Assembly (NCBI RefSeq): GCF_009914755.1
Contig: NC_060928.1
Reading direction: 5' to 3' (one strand)
Origin: the human T2T-CHM13v2.0 reference genome, Homo sapiens
DNA: 64,000 bases
In this document: positions 38,711-53,537 of the stretch, piece after piece
Position numbering within the stretch: position 1 is the first letter of the stretch
How the letters are laid out: each line of letters starts with the position of its first letter
Made by a program: the position numbers and the translations under genes
The notes under the pieces: generated by a model
The model's database searches: none
What the model saw: only the letters and a program-made list of their open reading frames with translations
Told to the model about the DNA's origin: nothing

Positions 38711-39105
38711 ACGTTAGATATTACTTTGACAAGCATATTTTTATCAAGTGAAAATAAGCACTTTCATAAAGCTTATTTAATGATACTTAAACTGTTCTGA
38801 TGTCCTGCCTGTTGAATAAGCTTATTTGTTCATGTTGCTACTTGCACAGCTTTGTAGGGCCTCTACACACAATTCACCTCCTTTAGTTATTTCATATTGT
38901 GACCATGTTTTTATGTTGTTTCTTCTTGTAAATCCAATTCTTTTATATCAATGACCCAGCAACAACAACAAAAAACTCTAGAAAACAAAAAAAGGCTGTG
39001 TTGTCTTTCACAGAAAATTTTAAAACTCAGCATGCCTGAGGATGGTGCCAATAGCAGTTCCATGAAATAGGTCTTTGTGTTATTGTTAATAATCTGTCAA
39101 GATGT

Positions 39106-39420
39106 GGCTAGGTATGGTGACTCATGTCTGTAATCCCAGCACTTTTCGAGAAGCTGAGGCAGGAGGACTGCTTGAGACCAAGAGTTCAAGACCAGACTGG
39201 GCAACATAGACCCCGTTTCAACAAAATACAAAAAAAGTTAGCTAGGTGCGATGGTGCATACCTGTAGTCCTATCCACTCAGGAGTCTGAGGCAGGAAGAT
39301 CACTTGAGCTCAGGAGTTTGAGGTTATAGTGAGCTATGATCACACCACTGCACTCCAGCCTGAGTGACAGAGTGAGACCTTGCCTCTAAAAAAAATTAAA
39401 ATTAAAAATTAAAAGAAAAT
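39106..39420 (+). mobile_element. AluJ-like element
   Basis: Dimer with cttgagctcaggagtttgagg in the right arm and an A-rich tail. Confidence 0.92.
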
Positions 39421-39921
39421 AAACTGTCAACACTAGCTCTAAAAGAGATGTAGAATATGATGCAGTTTCATGCGGGGTTCGTCCATGATTTCAAACTCTT
39501 GAAAATAGTGTTTAGACTGAACCAATTAAAACTTAATTTCAAAGTATAAAGTTTTCAGATTTGTGTTAAAAGTTTTAATAATATCTTGGTATAAAGATTT
39601 TAAAACTGAAACATAATATTATAAAAGATATATTACTGTCCTGTCACTTGCAGCAATTGTTAGGTAAAATAAAATTCAGCTGCAATGTGGAATCACTGAA
39701 TATGCAAAAAGTTTCAAATTCAAAAAAAATTCAACACAAAATAAGTTTTTGTATTTGAAATCACTAGTTTTGGTGTAAATATGGATTTTGTGATGAAACT
39801 ACAGCTTTATTTGTTCACTCAAAATAGGTGGAGAAAATAGATATTTATTTCTTTGAAAAAATATTTACTCTTCTAAGAGCATAGTCTATGTTAGTCTATC
39901 TCATACAGAAATAAAAGAAAC

Positions 39922-40259
39922 ACGGTTGCTTCTTGTTATTCATGGCAATTATGTTCTTTAAAGTTTCTGCAAACACTGAATTAGCAATACTGAACCATTG
40001 TTCCTAGGGAATTACAGGGTTAGGTTACTGTAAGCCTCTATTCACAATATTTTCATTAACTGATCAATACATAACCTTACTGTATGTGTGTTTCTGCTGA
40101 AAGACATTTAATACATATTGCTAATTCATTAACTGTGAACTCATGGCCAACCGCACTATAACTCAGGCTTGAATGAGGCTTATCTAACATGTATTTTATC
40201 CATAAGGCACAACACTTAGGAAAACTAGATAACGCTTCTGCACTAGGCTTGGGGGCCAT

Positions 40260-40290
<31 letters not shown>

Positions 40291-40864
40291 GAGATGGAGT
40301 CTCGCTGTGTCGCCCAAGCTGGAGTGCAGTGGCGCGATCTCGGCTCACTGCAAGTTCCGCCTCCCTCCCAGTTTCTCGCCATTCTCCTGACTCAGCCTCC
40401 AGAGTGCTGGGACTACAGGCGCCTGCTACCACGCCCGGCTAATTTTTTGTATTTTTAGTAGAGACGGGGTTTCACCGTGTTAGCCAGGATGGTCTCCATC
40501 TCCTGACCTCGTGATCCGCCCGCCTTGGCCTCCCAAAGTGCTGGGATTACAGGCGTGAGGCACCGCGCCCGGCCGGGGGCCGTTTTAAACACTAAAATCA
40601 CCAAGAAAAAGCATGTGGGAAATGTGGCATTAAATAAGCCACAAAAAGGACACTTGTTTATAATGACAGCTAAGATAAGAAGGCAGAGCCTTGCCTTCAA
40701 CTTCAGCTGCGAATGTGCACCTTGAACAACAGTTTTTTCAGCTCTTGCGCATGTTTGCTAAAGGCGGCAGAAGCACCAGGCGTACTCCTTTGGGAGATAC
40801 AAATAAATGTTAGTGAGTAGGTAAATTCACAAATACAAAATTATAAATAATGAAGATCAACTGT
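39922..40864 (-). mobile_element. MER82-like TcMar-Tigger element split by an AluY
   Basis: Ends cggttgcttcttgttatt / aataatgaagatcaactg; interior resembles the recalled MER82 consensus. Confidence 0.75.
40263..40574 (-). mobile_element. AluY-like element (CpG-rich, young) with a (TTTTG)n tail
   Basis: gtgttagccaggatggtctc, ctgcaagttccgcc; TSD gggggcc(a/g)tttt. Confidence 0.93.
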
Positions 40865-41242
40865 AATTAATACAATTCAAGGTGTCCCATGCCTTTTCTT
40901 CCAAATTTGAATTTATTTTGTTCAAAGCTTCTTTATCATGTTGAGAGGATCTATAGAATTCTTTCTAAGGAGCTTCGAAATGAAACCAAACATGTTTTTT
41001 CTTGGTCTACAAACACAGAAACATAACTTCATTATTTATCATCTGACAGAAGTAAACAAAAATTTCATAATTACTTAGGTCACAGAGAGAAATTATGCTA
41101 CAAAAAAATTCTCCATAAGATTTCAAAGTTGAAACTCTTCCTTTCCAAGGAAATAAAAACAAAAAAAAAAATGGGGGAAAAAACCCCAAAGCAATCGCAA
41201 CTGTACATTTTCTCCTTATTTTTCAGAATGGTAATAAAATGC

Positions 41243-41567
<325 letters not shown>

Positions 41568-42458
41568 TTAGATACTATTTAGTAAACTTAAATTGATAAT
41601 TTCCAGAGAATGATTAGCACAAAATAGAATAAATCAGAACTCCTTTATAAATTGGATGAAGCATCAAATGAAGCAACAGCCAAATAGGCAAACGAATATG
41701 ATCCCAGAATTTCTACTCCCTGAAATTATGCAAATATAACTATCAATTAATTATAACCATTTTAATACAGCAGTCAACTAATGCTCCTTGTGTCTCAGAG
41801 CTATTATATACTGTTTTGGTTTAAGGATAAAATATTCATGTTCAATTCTGTACTACCTGCAAATACACTCAGGGAGCATGGTAGTAAACAGGAAACTTAG
41901 AAGCCTGACATGAATGGCTACTGAATGGCTACTGAATGTGGACTGGCAACCAAACTGTGCGACCTTGAACACTCAGTGGTATTGTGTATAAACATGCCAC
42001 ATTAGCCGAGACAGAGCTATTTTATTAAATTAATCTCATGTATAAGAATTTCATATTTTGGTTTATTATCATAGCTTACATTTCAAACTTAACTTTCTGT
42101 TCCTAAAGTCCTATGCTGCTGTGGCACAGTAGCTGGGAAGACGTAAATGGAAAGTAACATGATTTTAGGAAGAGTCCAGCATTATTAAAAAATAATGCCT
42201 TTGAGAGGTATTTATCTAGAAGACTGCATAAAGTTTCCTACTTAGCTAAAGGTCCTTTTATAGAGCAAACAGCCACTATCACCCCTATATGATCTGTTGT
42301 CCTCCCACCTGCTAACATTTCAGTAAAGTTATATCTAGGATTACTAAACATATATGGTGTTTTTCTTTCTACAAAAGCTCTTTTGGTATTACATAGCTTA
42401 AATTTAATATGCTAAACTTCAAGATCATTTTTATTCATGCTCATGTCTTAGGAATAGT

Positions 42459-42712
<254 letters not shown>

Positions 42713-44032
42713 CTCAGGAATAGGTTTTAAACTAATATTGGGATAAGTATAAATGGCAGGGTATCATCTCATGACCATGATTTGCAATTTGTAAGATATC
42801 AATTGGACAGGAAACAGAAGAAACAATTTTTGGACTCACTTTTGAAACAATCTTTTATGGAACTTTTTTGGAAAAAAATCTCAACCTTGGTTGTATTCTT
42901 GTAAGATGGAGCACATATATTTATCACCTCTCTCTCCCATAAAATGACAGAGAAAAAAAAGGTAGAAACTACAACTAAAAGAAAATGAAAACAGGACATT
43001 CATGAACATGAGATTTCAACATATTTCTGCAACATGAAAAGTAGAAGGAGGAGTGGCTACTAATGAAGCCATGTAGAGAAAGACAGAGGATAGTCTGCAA
43101 TCGTATGGAGAGGGAAGCAGAAGCTTATGTACCTTGCAGAAACCTCAAGAGGCTTGGGAGTCCAAAACATAGGACAAGGAAGAGAGAAATTCAGAGTCAA
43201 ATGAGCAAAACAATGAGGATATTAACATCTCTGGGTCACTGTTTCCTTCCCTACACAATAAGAATAAAAATGTCCCCCTTGTATGATTTTTATGAGAATT
43301 AAATGAAATAATGTGCATATGTATATGTAACAATGGACCACAACCTCTCCCCTCAACACACATACATCACATATCTAGAATGCTTAGGTATGTACCCCAA
43401 CCCCTTTCCCTCACTCAGGCAAAATGAAGAAGCATTTTTGCTAAAGAAATTGAATGACATTAGAGAAAAACTCCCTGCCACCACCCTCCTTATATTTACA
43501 ATTGGCCCAGCATAATGGCTGTCAAACCAATCACCTCAATGGAAGGAATATGGTGCACAAATCTGTAAGTCACTTCTTATTGCCTCAAAGATCCAATGTT
43601 CAAGCATTAAAATGTGGCTGAAACACTTGCATAGCAATTACTTGATTTATTTTTCCTGATTTCATCTGGTAACTGGTCAATAAATTTTAATCTTAATTTA
43701 AATAGATATAAAATCTTATATATATTATGTATTTGGGGGATTTACCTATAGGAGGTACTCATCAAAGTTCTGCTATACACTAATATGGTGAAAAGGTGCA
43801 TCTTCTTCTCAACTTGTACCTTTCCAGTTTACTTGGGACCCCCTTAGGGGCTACAAAGAAACTCCTAAGGCAATGTTTCCTAAACTTGGATTATGAGTGT
43901 TCAGTGAACTAATAGCAAATCAAAACAAAACAAAAGCAATGGGATAACGTCAAAAGGACATTAGGAGCTAATTTGAAGGAGGCTTCTATTGGCCAAACCT
44001 GGAACATCAAAATAAAAATGACAGTAATGAAT

Positions 44033-44354
44033 TAATTGCTCCTTAGTATTTGCAGTAGACTGGTTCCAGGATCACCCCCTCATGTCACCTCCCCCAGATA
44101 CCAAAATCCATGAATGCTCAAGTCCCTTGTATAAAATGGCATAGTATACATCCTCCTGTATACTTTAAATCATCTCTAGATTACTTATAACATCCAATAA
44201 GATGTAAATGCTATGTAAATAGTTGTTATACTGTATTCTAAAATTTGTATTATTATTTATTGTTGTACTGTTACTTTCTATTTTTTTCCAAATAGTTTCA
44301 ATTGTGGTTGGATGACACTGGATGCAGATCCACAAATACTGAGGACCAACTGTA
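44033..44354. mobile_element. MER2-like TcMar-Tigger element
   Basis: ataccaaaatccatgaatgctcaagtccctt...tttaaatcatctctagattacttataa...gaggaccaactgta. Confidence 0.8.
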
Positions 44355-44857
44355 TAATCCATTACATAAAAAAAGAATCTGTGAGTCTACACTGATGATG
44401 ATCAATAAAAACATAAAGGAGAAGGAAAGCTCTTTTTTAGAGTAGAATTCTAATTAAAGAAGATAGAAAGAATAATGTAGTTAGAAAAATTATCATTTTA
44501 CCATCAGAGAAAAAATAATTTAGGCAAGAATTATCAATGGATGTTGTTGAATCTGGAGTTTGACAAAGAATGGAATACTTACAGAATCCCAAAGTATCTT
44601 CCCACATATCAGTCATTAATTACAAGAAAAAATTAAGAAATAAGACAAAACCTTAACCAAATGATGAAAATTAACATTTACAAATAAGAGGCAAATGCAC
44701 ATCATATGCCTCTAGATGTGATGCCCTGAGGACACAACATCATTATATAGTATTCCAGCCAAAAATCCATAATCTGAATTTAATAGGGAATATCAGAGAA
44801 ACTCAAAAGGCAGTCTGTAAAATAACAGAATATTTTCCTTCAAAAACACCAATGCCA

Positions 44858-45140
44858 GGCTGGGAATGGTGGCTCATGCCTCTAATCTCAGTGCTTTGGG
44901 AGAGCAAGGCCAAGAGGATTGCTTGAGGACAGCCCGGGCAACATAGCGAGACCCTGTCTCTATAAAAAATTAAAAATTAGATGAGTGTGGTGGCATGTGC
45001 CTGTAGTCCTAGCTACTTAGGCGGCTGAGGCAGGAGGATCACTTGAAGCCAGGAATTGGAGGTTCCAGTGAACTAAGATTACACTACTGCACTCCAACCT
45101 GAGTGACGGAGCAAAACTCTGTTCCTAAAAAATAAATCAA
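44858..45140 (+). mobile_element. AluJ-like element inside an old L1M 3' fragment (about 44380-45600)
   Basis: Dimer; TSD caatgcca. Flanks carry L1ME/MC-like motifs (tatcaatgttaaatttcct). Confidence 0.88.
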
Positions 45141-46589
45141 TAATGCCAATGTCATAAAAGTTAAAAAAAAAAAAAAGAAAAGAAAAGAAAAAAGGTGGAA
45201 GAACAGTTTTGGATTAAAAGAGGCTAAAAACAATACCACCGAAATGCAGTATGTCAACAGGATTGGAAAAAAATTGCTATGTCGCACATTATTGAGATAA
45301 ATAAGAAACTAGATATATGGGCTGAAGATTGGATAAAAATATGGTATCATAGTATCAATGTTAAATTTCCTAAACTTGATAACTGTGAAATGGCTATACA
45401 GAAGTATATCCTCATTCTTAGGGAACACACACTGAAGTGTGATGGTGTGATGTATGCAACCTACTCCAAAATGGTTCAGCAAAACAGTAACGTCTATGTC
45501 TATACAGATGGAACAATAAGGTGATGTGGCAAAATATTAAAAATTTGTAAACCTGGCTAAAAAGTATTCAAGGGTTATTTTTATTCCTCTAACAATTTTT
45601 TTGTAACTACAAATCTCCTAGTTGTGGAATCCAGGCATGTAAATTTGAAAAAGATGTGTGTTTGAGTTTATGTACTCAGTTTAAGAATTATTATTATTAT
45701 TATTACCTTAGGGCTCAGTGTAATACAGACTGAAGACCATTACTAAAGAAATAGTGGTCCAGAGAGGTTAAGCAAATTTGCCTGAGAAGTCAAAGCTGGA
45801 AAAATGGAAGATTTAGGATTCAAACTCAGTTCTATCTGAGTCCAAAGCTTTTATTCTTAACCCACAAACCATATTCCCAGAACCGCTGGAGCCCATGGAT
45901 GACAAAAGCAATTTACCATCTGTTTCTTCACCACTGGTTCTCATCTCTTTTTACCCCGTCACTGTTTATTACCTCCATCGTTGGTCCCAGCTGCAGCTGC
46001 TCTTTCAGGCTACTGCTGTTCTTGTGGAAAGCACACAGGCTTTGATGTGAAGAAAGATCAGCATCAAACCCCAACACGGAATCTGATTAGCCTGTGATTT
46101 CTGATCCTCATTCTTCTCATTAGTAAAATAACGGATAATAATTCTTATTCCATGGGACTTAGTAGGGATAACATTTATGGAACTTAACCCATAGTAGGTA
46201 GTTTACAATAAAAGGTAGTTTCGTACTCATCCCTCTCGCCCTCTTTAAATGATAACTATTATTTTGGTTCCTTCATTTCAAATACACCTGATAACTGTGG
46301 ATTAATTACCTGAGTAGTCATAATCCTGGTCCTGAATTTCATTAATTTGGGATCTGTGAAATTTGGAGAGATGCCATTTACATAGCAAGGCCATAGTTCC
46401 AACACGCACTAGTTTCAGTTAACATGGTAAAATGCAAAATGATGACTGTAAGTACTAAAATAAGGAACTGACTCCACACAATAGGTTACATGAATAAACC
46501 CAGTATCAAACACAGTGCCTTGGCATATAAAGTGCTCAGAAAATATTTGTTGAATGAATAAACGATTAGTAAGCACTGATTTTAAAAAA

Positions 46590-47480
46590 AATGAATTACA
46601 TGAACCTTGACCTAAACCTTACACCTTTTACAAAAATTAACTCAAAATGGACCATAGACTTAAACGTAAAACATAAAACTATAAAAATTTTAGAAAAATA
46701 CATAGAAGGAAATCTTTGGGGTCTAAGGCTAGGCCAAGAATTCCCAGACTTATATCAAAAGGATGATCATGAAAGTAAAAATTGATCGAATTCATCAAAA
46801 TAAAAAATTTTTGCTCTTTGAAAGTCTATATTTGGAAGATGAAAGGAAAGCCTACAGATTGAGAGAAAATATTTGTAAACCACATATCTGACGGACGAGT
46901 ATCTAGAATATATAAACAACTCTCAAAACAATAGTAAACAAAAACCAAACAATCCAATATAAAAATGGGCAAAAGATATAAACACACGTTTCATGAAAGA
47001 GGATATACAAATGGCAAATAAGCACATGGTAAGATGGTCAACATCATTAGCCAGGAGAGAGGTGCGTACGGTTATAAAAGCACAGTGTGAGAGATCCCTG
47101 TGGTGTTACAACTATTTACTATCTTGACTATGGTGCTGGATATGTGAACTTGCACAGAACTTCATACACACACATATGTACACTGAGTAAAAATAAAACT
47201 AGGGGAATATGAGTAAGATGGGGGATTGTATCAATGTCAAAATCCTGGTTTTGATAGTATATTATAGTTACAAAACTATTACCAATCAGAGAAACTAGGT
47301 AAAGTGTACAAGGGATGACTCTATATTTCTTGAGACTGCATGTACATCTACAATTATCTTAAAAAATCATAGAAGGATGGAAAAAAACAAAAAAAGTTTA
47401 AAAAAGGATAGGCAACTGCACATTTAAAGTGAATGAATTTTATTGTATGTAAATGATACCTTAATAAAGATGTTTTATAA
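46590..47480 (+). mobile_element. L1M fragment (ORF2 3' part joined to 3' UTR pieces)
   Basis: ORF 46591-46785 is L1 ORF2-like (LTPFTKINSKWTIDLNVK). Confidence 0.85.
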
Positions 47481-48038
47481 AAAGGAATTAGAAACTCTAA
47501 TGAATGCTTTAAAGAGGGTGAGCAAAGACATGGGAAGTCTACCATCATTTCACAAATAGTAACTATTTTAGATTTTGGGAATCCAACTAATTGTGAAAAA
47601 TCTACAACCTATGAATCATCTCTCACTTCAGGTAAATTTGAATACATATGGATCAAAAGAAGATGGAATTAAGGAATACAAATCCTTATAGACACAAATC
47701 CTAAATGATGTTTTGACCACTTACATAGGATATATAAACAACAGAGTAAGGTACAAATGCAAAAAGGATCGATATTTGTGTAACTCTTAGTCTAATAAAA
47801 AAGACAATGTACATATAAAATACATTAATTAGAAAATTGGTATAATTACTTATTTAAAAACAAAGTAATAAGCTATATGAATTAATTTGGATTGCTACAA
47901 ATATTATATTTCTAATATCTGTAGAAAAATGCTTCTACTTATTAAAATACATTAAAATTGGTAAATTTTATTTAGAATCTCCTATATTCTTATATGCCCT
48001 TGTTTCCATTAAAATAACAATAGCAATATTAACAGTAA

Positions 48039-48373
<335 letters not shown>

Positions 48374-50889
48374 TGACAGAGCCAATTTTTAAAAAAAATT
48401 TAAATATATTTAGATTTTGTTTTGTTTTGTTTTTTTGAGAGGGAGTCTCGCTCTGTCAACAGACTGGAGTGCAGTGGCGTGTAGATCTTTGGTTTTTAAA
48501 AATTAATTTGTCCACTTTCAGTTTTATTATGCTAATTTCAGCATAAATAAATAAAACTGAAATCTCTAAAGTGGGCTATATACTATAATCTCTGTTTTAC
48601 AGTAATGTAGAAGTTTTTTGACACTACTACTGTGGAGGATGAATTTAAAGGTGGAGCTCCAATTACGCTGTAACTTGCTGTGTGACCTTAGGTATTTCAA
48701 ACAAGGTTCTGATCTTTTGTTTCCTATAAAATGGGGGAAATCATTCCTATCTATTTTACAGGGTGGCTATGAGCCTTAACTAAGAGAATGTATATAAAAG
48801 CATCTTTTAATTGGTAAAGCAGTATGTAGTTTCTGAAACAGCTATATTGTTCTGACATAATTTTGGATGTATTTTTTTTAAAGTAGCAGTTTTAGTCTAA
48901 CCAAGTCTGTTACAACAGCATAAAAGCGCTTCCACTTAAAAGCAGTACAAACTATGGATTAACTACAAATAATTACACATTTATTAAAATTTATAAGAAC
49001 AATAATAGTTTTCTATACTTTTTAACTTCTAGAAGATCGTTACATTTCTAAGAGATGGTATTTTTGACTACTATGTTTTGTTTCCTATTCAAAATAGTAG
49101 ACTATTTCTTAAAAAGACTAAAATACAAGTTTTATTAATATTTTGTATCTAATACAAAGTCTATCTGTAAAATATTAAGCAGCTTTAATCAAACTATCTC
49201 TCTGTAACAAGTTAAACACCAAAATAAAGTAGTATTTATTAAGAAAAAGGTAACTACTGCTTATAATTTCATGGCACTAAGCACTCAAATGGCACATGCT
49301 GTGCAGACAATAAGTAATGAAGAATGGTTTATATACTATTTGGGCATATAAAATCTACACAGGGAAAGATGGCAAGAATAGAAAGGAGTCCGGATGTCTC
49401 AAAAAAGCATTCTGCTTTAAGTACTTTTGTTTGAAGCAAACCAATTCCATAAAGCTTTTACTGAGCAAACGGTGTTAAATCATTGGTATGTAATGACTGA
49501 CATATGAATAGCCTCATTTAAATACACATTATAAATGGTCATTTTTCTTCAGTATTTCTTAGTTGTCTAAATAGTGGAATTTATAAGTAAATGTCCTGTC
49601 TCAGATAAAGGTTTAAAATGTGTGCTACAATAGTTATCTCTAAAATACAAATTCTAACGATAAGGAAATCCACTTATATGTTTTTATAAATTTTCAGTGC
49701 TTTTAAGTAAAAAGTAGCAACTCTATTTTTGGTTACTTCAGGTTTTAAAAATCTTTAAGGGATATCATGTGATATTATTCAATAGCATAAGAACATGGGA
49801 GAGTCTATGAGAAAATATTTTCTGAGACATTTTGAATCAAATCAGGAGCCTAGCATTTATTTCTTCACTTCCAAAAGAATAGACCACCAAAGAAGTTTAG
49901 AACAGACTGCGTAGAGAAATTTTTTAAAAAAGAAAAAAACCCTGATAACCAATCACATCCCTAAAATTTAAAGGCAACAAATGTAGAGAAATAAAGGAAG
50001 GGTAAGTCCACAAGGAGGTCTTTCTAAGGAGAAAAGGGAAATAGCTAAGTACTAAGAGGTCACAAGGTACATTGAACACATAAAAAGCCCCTACTCATTA
50101 AATTTAAAGATCTGGTCCTGCAAGAGCAGTTTTTGTTACTAAAAGGCATACCATTTGCAGGTTTTGGTTTTTTTTAATTCAAAAAGATTTACAATATTAC
50201 TTTGTTCCCTGAAGGTTTTTTTCCTGTTAATTTTATTCTATAAAAAGTGTTACCAAAATGGCAACTAAATAAATGTAAAAATTAAGATGTGTTATTTAAA
50301 TGCAACCAAAAATCTAAGAATTTTAGGCTTATTCAATTTCTGTGGTTTGTTTTTCAAGAAATGCTCCATTGTCCAACTATTTGAAACTTTAAAATAAATG
50401 TATCATACTTCTCACTAGCATTATTTTTAATTATATGGTTCTTACTTAATTGTATCACTATTTACTTAAAGTGGCTGTAATCAGCTGTAGTCATGGTAGC
50501 ATATCCTAACCCACCTTCTCAGTATACACATACTCACCTGCCCACTAACCACAAAGGCCATTGCTATGAGTGCTATGGAATTAAAAACCAAAACAAAAGT
50601 CATAATTCTCACTGAGTTGCTTTTATACAAATAAAACAAGGTATTAAATTAAATGAATATTGAAGGCAGCCAGAAATAGGAGGAAGGTGAAAAATGAGAA
50701 AACATTTAATAGTGAAAAGAGACTGATGGAAAGAAAACATGAGTTTGACTCAGTCTCCTTCCTTAGCTAGTAGGGAGCATCAGCCAAGTCACTAAAATTT
50801 TGAGGTCTCAGTTTCCTCCCCTGTAAAATAAGGGTTTTGAAACTGGTGTTCCCTAAGGTCTTTTTTAGCTATAAAATTCCATGGTTCCA

Positions 50890-52900
50890 AGAGTAATTAG
50901 ACAAGAAAAAAAGTAAAAGACAACCAAATTGGAAAGAAAGCAGTAAAATCCTTTGTAGTTACCCTAAAGATTCTACCAAAAACTTACAACTAATAAATCC
51001 ATTCAGCAAAGTAGAAAGACATAAAGTCAAGACACAGAAATAAGTCGTATTTCTATACATTTACAATAAACAATCTGAAAAGGAAATTAAGAAAATAATA
51101 CCAACTACAACAGCATCAAAAAGAATAAAATACTTAGGAATTAACCAAGTAGGTAAAAGGCTTCTGGAATGAAAGCTACAAAACACTACTGAAAGAAGTG
51201 AAAGACAAATAAATGGAAGTACATCCTGTGGTTACAGATTGGAAGACTTATTAAGATGGCAATACCACCCAAAGTGATCTATAGATTCAATGTAGCTCCT
51301 GCCAAAATTATAATGACGTTTTTTGCATTAATAGAAAAAAATTCTAAAATCCACATGGAATCTCAAGGGACCTCTAATAGTCAAACCAAACTTGAAAAAG
51401 AACAACAAAGCTGGAAGACACTTTCTGATTTCAAAACTTATTACAAAGCTACAGTAACCAAAACAGTATGGTATTGGCATAAAAAGAGACATACAGACCA
51501 ATGAAATAGAACAGAGAATCCAGAAATAAACCATCACATATATGGTCAAAAGATTTTTGACTAGGTGTCAAGATCATTTAATGGGGGAAAGGACAGTCTT
51601 TTCAACAAATGGTGCTGAGAAATCATATCCACATTCAAAAGAATGAGGTTGGAACCTTACCCAACATTATCTATGAAAATTAACTCAAAATGGATCAAAG
51701 ACTTAAATCTAAGACATAAAACTGTAATACTCTTAGACGAAAAAACAGGGCAACAGGGCAAAAGGCTTACAGCACTGAATTTGGCAATGATTTCCAAATG
51801 CACAAGCAACAAAAGAGGAAACAGACCAACTGAACATTATGAAAATTAAAAAAAAATTGTGCATCAAAAGACAGTATCAACAGAGTAAAAAGGCAACCCA
51901 CCGAATGAGAGAAAATATTTGAAAATCATGTATCTGATAAAATCTAATATCTATAATTTACAGATAACTCCTTTAACTCAACAATAACAAAAACATGATT
52001 CAAAAATGGGTAAAGGACTTGAAAAGACATTTTTCCAGAGAAAATACACTAACGTCCAATAAGCACAGGAAAATACAGTCAACATCACTAATCATTAGGG
52101 AAATACAAATCAAAAGTACAATGAGGGACCACCTTATACCCATTAAGATAGTTACTATCGAAAAAAAAATAAGTCTTGGCAAGGATGTGGAGAAACTGGA
52201 ACCCTTATGTATTGTTAATGTGAATGTAATACGTATGGTACAGCCTCTGCGGAAACAATATGGAGCTTCCTAAAAAAAAATTAAAAACAGAATTACCATG
52301 TGATCTAGCAATTCCACTTTCAGGTATATACCCTCAAGAATTCAAAGCAGGGTCTGGAAAAGATATTTGTTCACCCATGTTCATAGCAGCATTATTCACA
52401 ACAGCTAAAACATGGAAGCAACCCAGGTGTCCAATAACAGATGAATGGATAAGCAAAATGTGGCTGACACATATAAGGGAATGTTATGTGACCTTAAAAA
52501 GAAGAGAAATTCTGGCATATGCTACAACAAAGATGAACCTTGAGGACATTATGCCAAGTTAAATAAGCCAGTCAAAAAAAGTCAAATACTGGATAAGCCC
52601 ATTTATATGAGGTTTTGGTTCTTTACCACTTTCCAGTAATATGAATACAAACACTTCCGGTTTCCAAAACTGGAAACAAAAGGTAGAATGGTGATTGCTA
52701 GGACCTAGGAATGGGGAAGGGGAATTATTGTTTAATAGGTATAGAGTTTCAGTTTTACAAGATAAAAAGAGTAATGAAGATAGATGGTGTTGATGGTGGC
52801 ACAACATTATCAATGTAATTAATACCATTGAACTGTACACTTAGAATGGTTAAGATGGTAAATTTTATGTTACGTATATTTTACTACAATTTAAAAATTG
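50890..52900 (+). mobile_element. L1MA/MB-type fragment (ORF2 C-terminal half and 3' UTR)
   Basis: ORF track fragments [47 protein letters not shown]; frameshifted. Confidence 0.93.
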
Positions 52901-53252
52901 GAAGAAACAATTCTGTGATCCCATAAAAATAAAATGAGGGAAAAAACTCTGAAAAACAAATTAATAAATAAAAGAAGAGATGATGGCGTGCGTGTGTGTG
53001 TATTTAACATCTGTCCTTTCCATCTCTTTTTTCCCTATATTCATGACTTCCACAAATCACTACTCCATATAGAGTCTCTCCAAGCTTGGCTTACTTGCTA
53101 AAATCTGGTTCCTTCATTCAAATAGCTTATGAATCCTATGCAATCTATTCTTGAAAAATACACGAACTGCTGACTAAATGGTTAAACTCCCTAAAGCTGT
53201 TGCCTAAACTCCAAACCACAAATATTTTTATCTTATATTGCTATAAAGTACT

Positions 53253-53537
53253 TGCACCAGCACAGTGGCTCACACCTATGATTCCTGAACCTTGGGAAGC
53301 TGTGGAAGGAGGATCGCTTGAGCTCAGGACTTCAAGACCAGCCTGGGCAGCACAGTCAGACAAAAAAATTAAAAGAAATAACCACACGTGATGGCGTGTG
53401 CCTGTGGTCCCAGGTACTCTGAAGGCTGAGGTGGGAGGGAGAATTGCTTGAACCTAGGAGGTCAAGGCTACAGTGAGTCTTGTTCGCACCACTGCACTCC
53501 AGCCTGGGCAACAGAATAAAAATCTGTCTCAAAAAAA
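53253..53537 (+). mobile_element. AluJ-like element
   Basis: Diverged dimer; TSD aaa(g/a)tacttgc. Confidence 0.88.

Noticed and set aside
41911-41938. Short tandem micro-duplications (also near 17199, 17606, 18778, 58267)
   Set aside because: Ordinary slippage products of 10-20 bp with no further structure.
51256-52562. Reverse-transcriptase-like ORF fragments
   Set aside because: Frameshifted pieces of a dead, 5'-truncated L1 ORF2; not an intact RT or a novel RT system.
52652-52660. cacttccgg matching the reverse complement of the promoter ETS site, as a possible second template jump
   Set aside because: Only 9 bp; indistinguishable from chance.
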